Made by a program: the position numbers and the translations under genes
Assembly: GCF_006345805.1 (NCBI RefSeq)
Contig: NC_043022.1
Coordinates: 496,001 to 560,000 of the forward strand
Direction: 5' to 3'
Length of the DNA stretch: 64,000 bases
Source of the DNA: Octopus sinensis
Lineage: Eukaryota
Shown here: positions 62,076-64,000 of the stretch, one piece after another
How positions within the stretch are numbered: the stretch's first letter is position 1
Layout of the letters: the number at the start of each line of letters is the position of its first letter
The notes under the pieces: generated by a model
Told to the model about the DNA's origin: nothing
What the model saw: the letters and a program-made list of their open reading frames with translations, nothing else
Databases searched by the model: none

Positions 62076-62253
62076 GTTGTAGTTAAGCAGTCTTCTTTTT
62101 ATGATGTGCATTCACTACACCACCGAGAGCAGTTTTGTGTGCCCTGGGTCTGTTTTGTTATTATTTTCTCCTTATTGAAAGCGCTTTACGGGTCAGCTTG
62201 ATCAGTGCTGACCCGGAGCACGTAAAGCGGCAGTAGCAACTGCAACAGCAGTG

Positions 62254-62450
62254 GGGGCGCAAAGGCCCAGTGGTTAGGGCAGCGTACTCGCGGTCGTAAG
62301 AACGCGGTTTCGATTCCCAGACCGGGCATTGTGATTGTTTATTGAGCAAAAACACCTAAGCTCCACGAGGCTCCGGCGGTGGGGCGTGGGTTGAACCTTG
62401 CTGTACTCTTTCACCATAACTTTCACTTTTTCTTTCTACTTCTGCCACAA
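62254..62450 (+). mobile_element. SINE family C (subtype 2), 5' part
   Basis: GGGGGCGCAAAGGCCCAGTGGTTAGGG..GGTTTCGATTCCCAG. Confidence 0.8.
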
Positions 62451-63854
62451 AGCAGAGGAACCGTCGTCATCATCATCGGATGATGATGATAACGACGTCA
62501 TCGCCATAATCATCTCTTCCATCATCACGATCATCGCCATCCCCACCACAATTCCTAGCGCCATCATCACCACCACCACCATCATCGTTACCATCATCAC
62601 CACCACCACCACCACCCTCTTCCACCACCAAGCATCCTAAAATCCAGACCAACAATTTATAAAAACCGCAATCCAGTGCTATTAATATTTAAATATCTGA
62701 GATATTTGCACAATCTTTTAATGGAAATGATCATCGGAGGAACAGTGGGTGGTGGTGGTGGGTGGGTGAGGGTAGTGGTAGCGGAGGTCGGCGTTAATAA
62801 TGATGGTGATGATGATGATGCTGTTGTTGTTGGTGGTGGTGTAGGTAGCAGGGATGGGCGGTTTTGATAAAGACCGTGATTATGATGACGTTGATAGCAG
62901 TAATAGTGATGGTAGTGATGGTGACGGTGGTGACTTTAGCGATTGTAGTCACGATAATGATGATGATGATGACGACGACGGCGGACGGCTGTGGTTGTGG
63001 TGGTGGTCATATATTGACTAGATAAACACTTCATCAAAACAACCCACAAATTGCTTTGGACCTCAACTAACACTTAGAAATAAGACTAAAAAAAACGTCA
63101 CTAAAACATTTTAAAAACAAAAACTTTTTTTATTCATTAATACCAAACAAACAACAAAACGTAAACGCGCGAACAAGCAACAGACAACCAATATGATTTA
63201 TAGATTTTATTACAAATAGTAAAATTATAAACTTCACGACTTCAACTGTAAACTTCGCGACTTTAACCGCAAACTGTTGTGTTGGTCGCACAAGTACAAC
63301 TCTGTACCGTCAGCTCCCCATGTACATAGAACAAAGAGCAATTGCAATGCTATAAACGATAAAACACAAAACAAAAATATACGGGAAAATATTCACGAAT
63401 AAAACATTTATATTCGACAACTACGCTTCTCAAACTTTTGTTTTTTAAAATTATCGACCCACTTTTTTTACAATATTTTCCGGCATTCGAGTCGAATATT
63501 TTGTGATCAAAATTTACAGGTAAAACATGCTAAGTCAACTTATATACCAAAACGACTTCGGGAGACCAAAAATTCAATGTGAAATGCAGCAGGGTTTGGA
63601 AAGATAGTGACGATGTTTGAATGTTTGCCCTGCATCTTCACACAATAAGGTTACGCCGCTATATACTACGTTGACATACATGCTGGAACTACTGTACAAC
63701 ACCCTTTCGACGATTCGTAGCAACACCCTTGCTGCGATTCAAGAAAATTAAATACGCCTCCAAAATTTGCTGCTGATCAACATTAAAGTTATTTGCATAT
63801 AGGTTATTTTATCAATATAATATGGAATGTCAAAGCAATATTTTTTATTGTACA

Positions 63855-64000
63855 CAGGGATGGGGGCTACGCACAGAGGGGACAAACAAGGACAGACAAA
63901 CGGAGTAAGTCGATTATATCGACCCCAGTGCGTAACTGGTACATATTAAATCGACCCAGAAAGGATGAAAGGCAAAGTCGACCTCGACGGAATTTGAACT
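63855..64000 (-). mobile_element. SINE family B, 3' part (runs off the window end)
   Basis: ACAGAGGGGACAAACAAGGACAGACAAACGG..GGCAAAGTCGACCTCG. Confidence 0.85.

Noticed and set aside
62460-63010. Facing (CAT/CAC)n and (GAT/GGT)n tracts that could fold back
   Set aside because: Complementarity comes only from low complexity; there is no specific alignment
63180-63830. Unique-looking sequence with an octamer ATTTGCAT (about 63792) and a minus-strand AATAAA, possibly an snRNA promoter or 3'UTR
   Set aside because: No recognisable snRNA body or exon; the motifs are too short to support a call

Overview
Eukaryotic, repeat-saturated, gene-free (intergenic or intronic) window. The SINE families and the dense (AT)n/(GT)n/(ATCT)n microsatellites look like octopus (coleoid cephalopod) DNA; this is recognition from memory, not a database match. 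I cannot support any host protein-coding exon, and most of the supplied ORFs are microsatellite read-throughs. Contents: (1) a full-length Tx1/L1-type non-LTR retrotransposon (33718-39860) with a zinc-knuckle ORF1 and an APE-RT-zinc-finger ORF2, sitting inside (ATCT)n; (2) a head-to-tail array of related Tx1 copies (2200-5257); (3) a 5'-truncated CR1-type LINE, plus RTE-like and R4/Dong-like fragments; (4) decayed Tigger/pogo, Tc1, mariner and hAT transposases and non-autonomous Helitrons; (5) three tRNA-derived SINE families (called A, B and C here), two of which share their 3' tails with LINEs present in this window. The most striking item is at 55085-57093: a non-coding ~532-bp unit repeated in tandem with an internal inversion. 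Each copy carries a type I hammerhead ribozyme with a palindromic stem III, the layout of a retrozyme or Penelope-dependent circular-RNA retroelement. Older hammerhead-bearing foldbacks occur elsewhere. All alignments and folds were done by eye.
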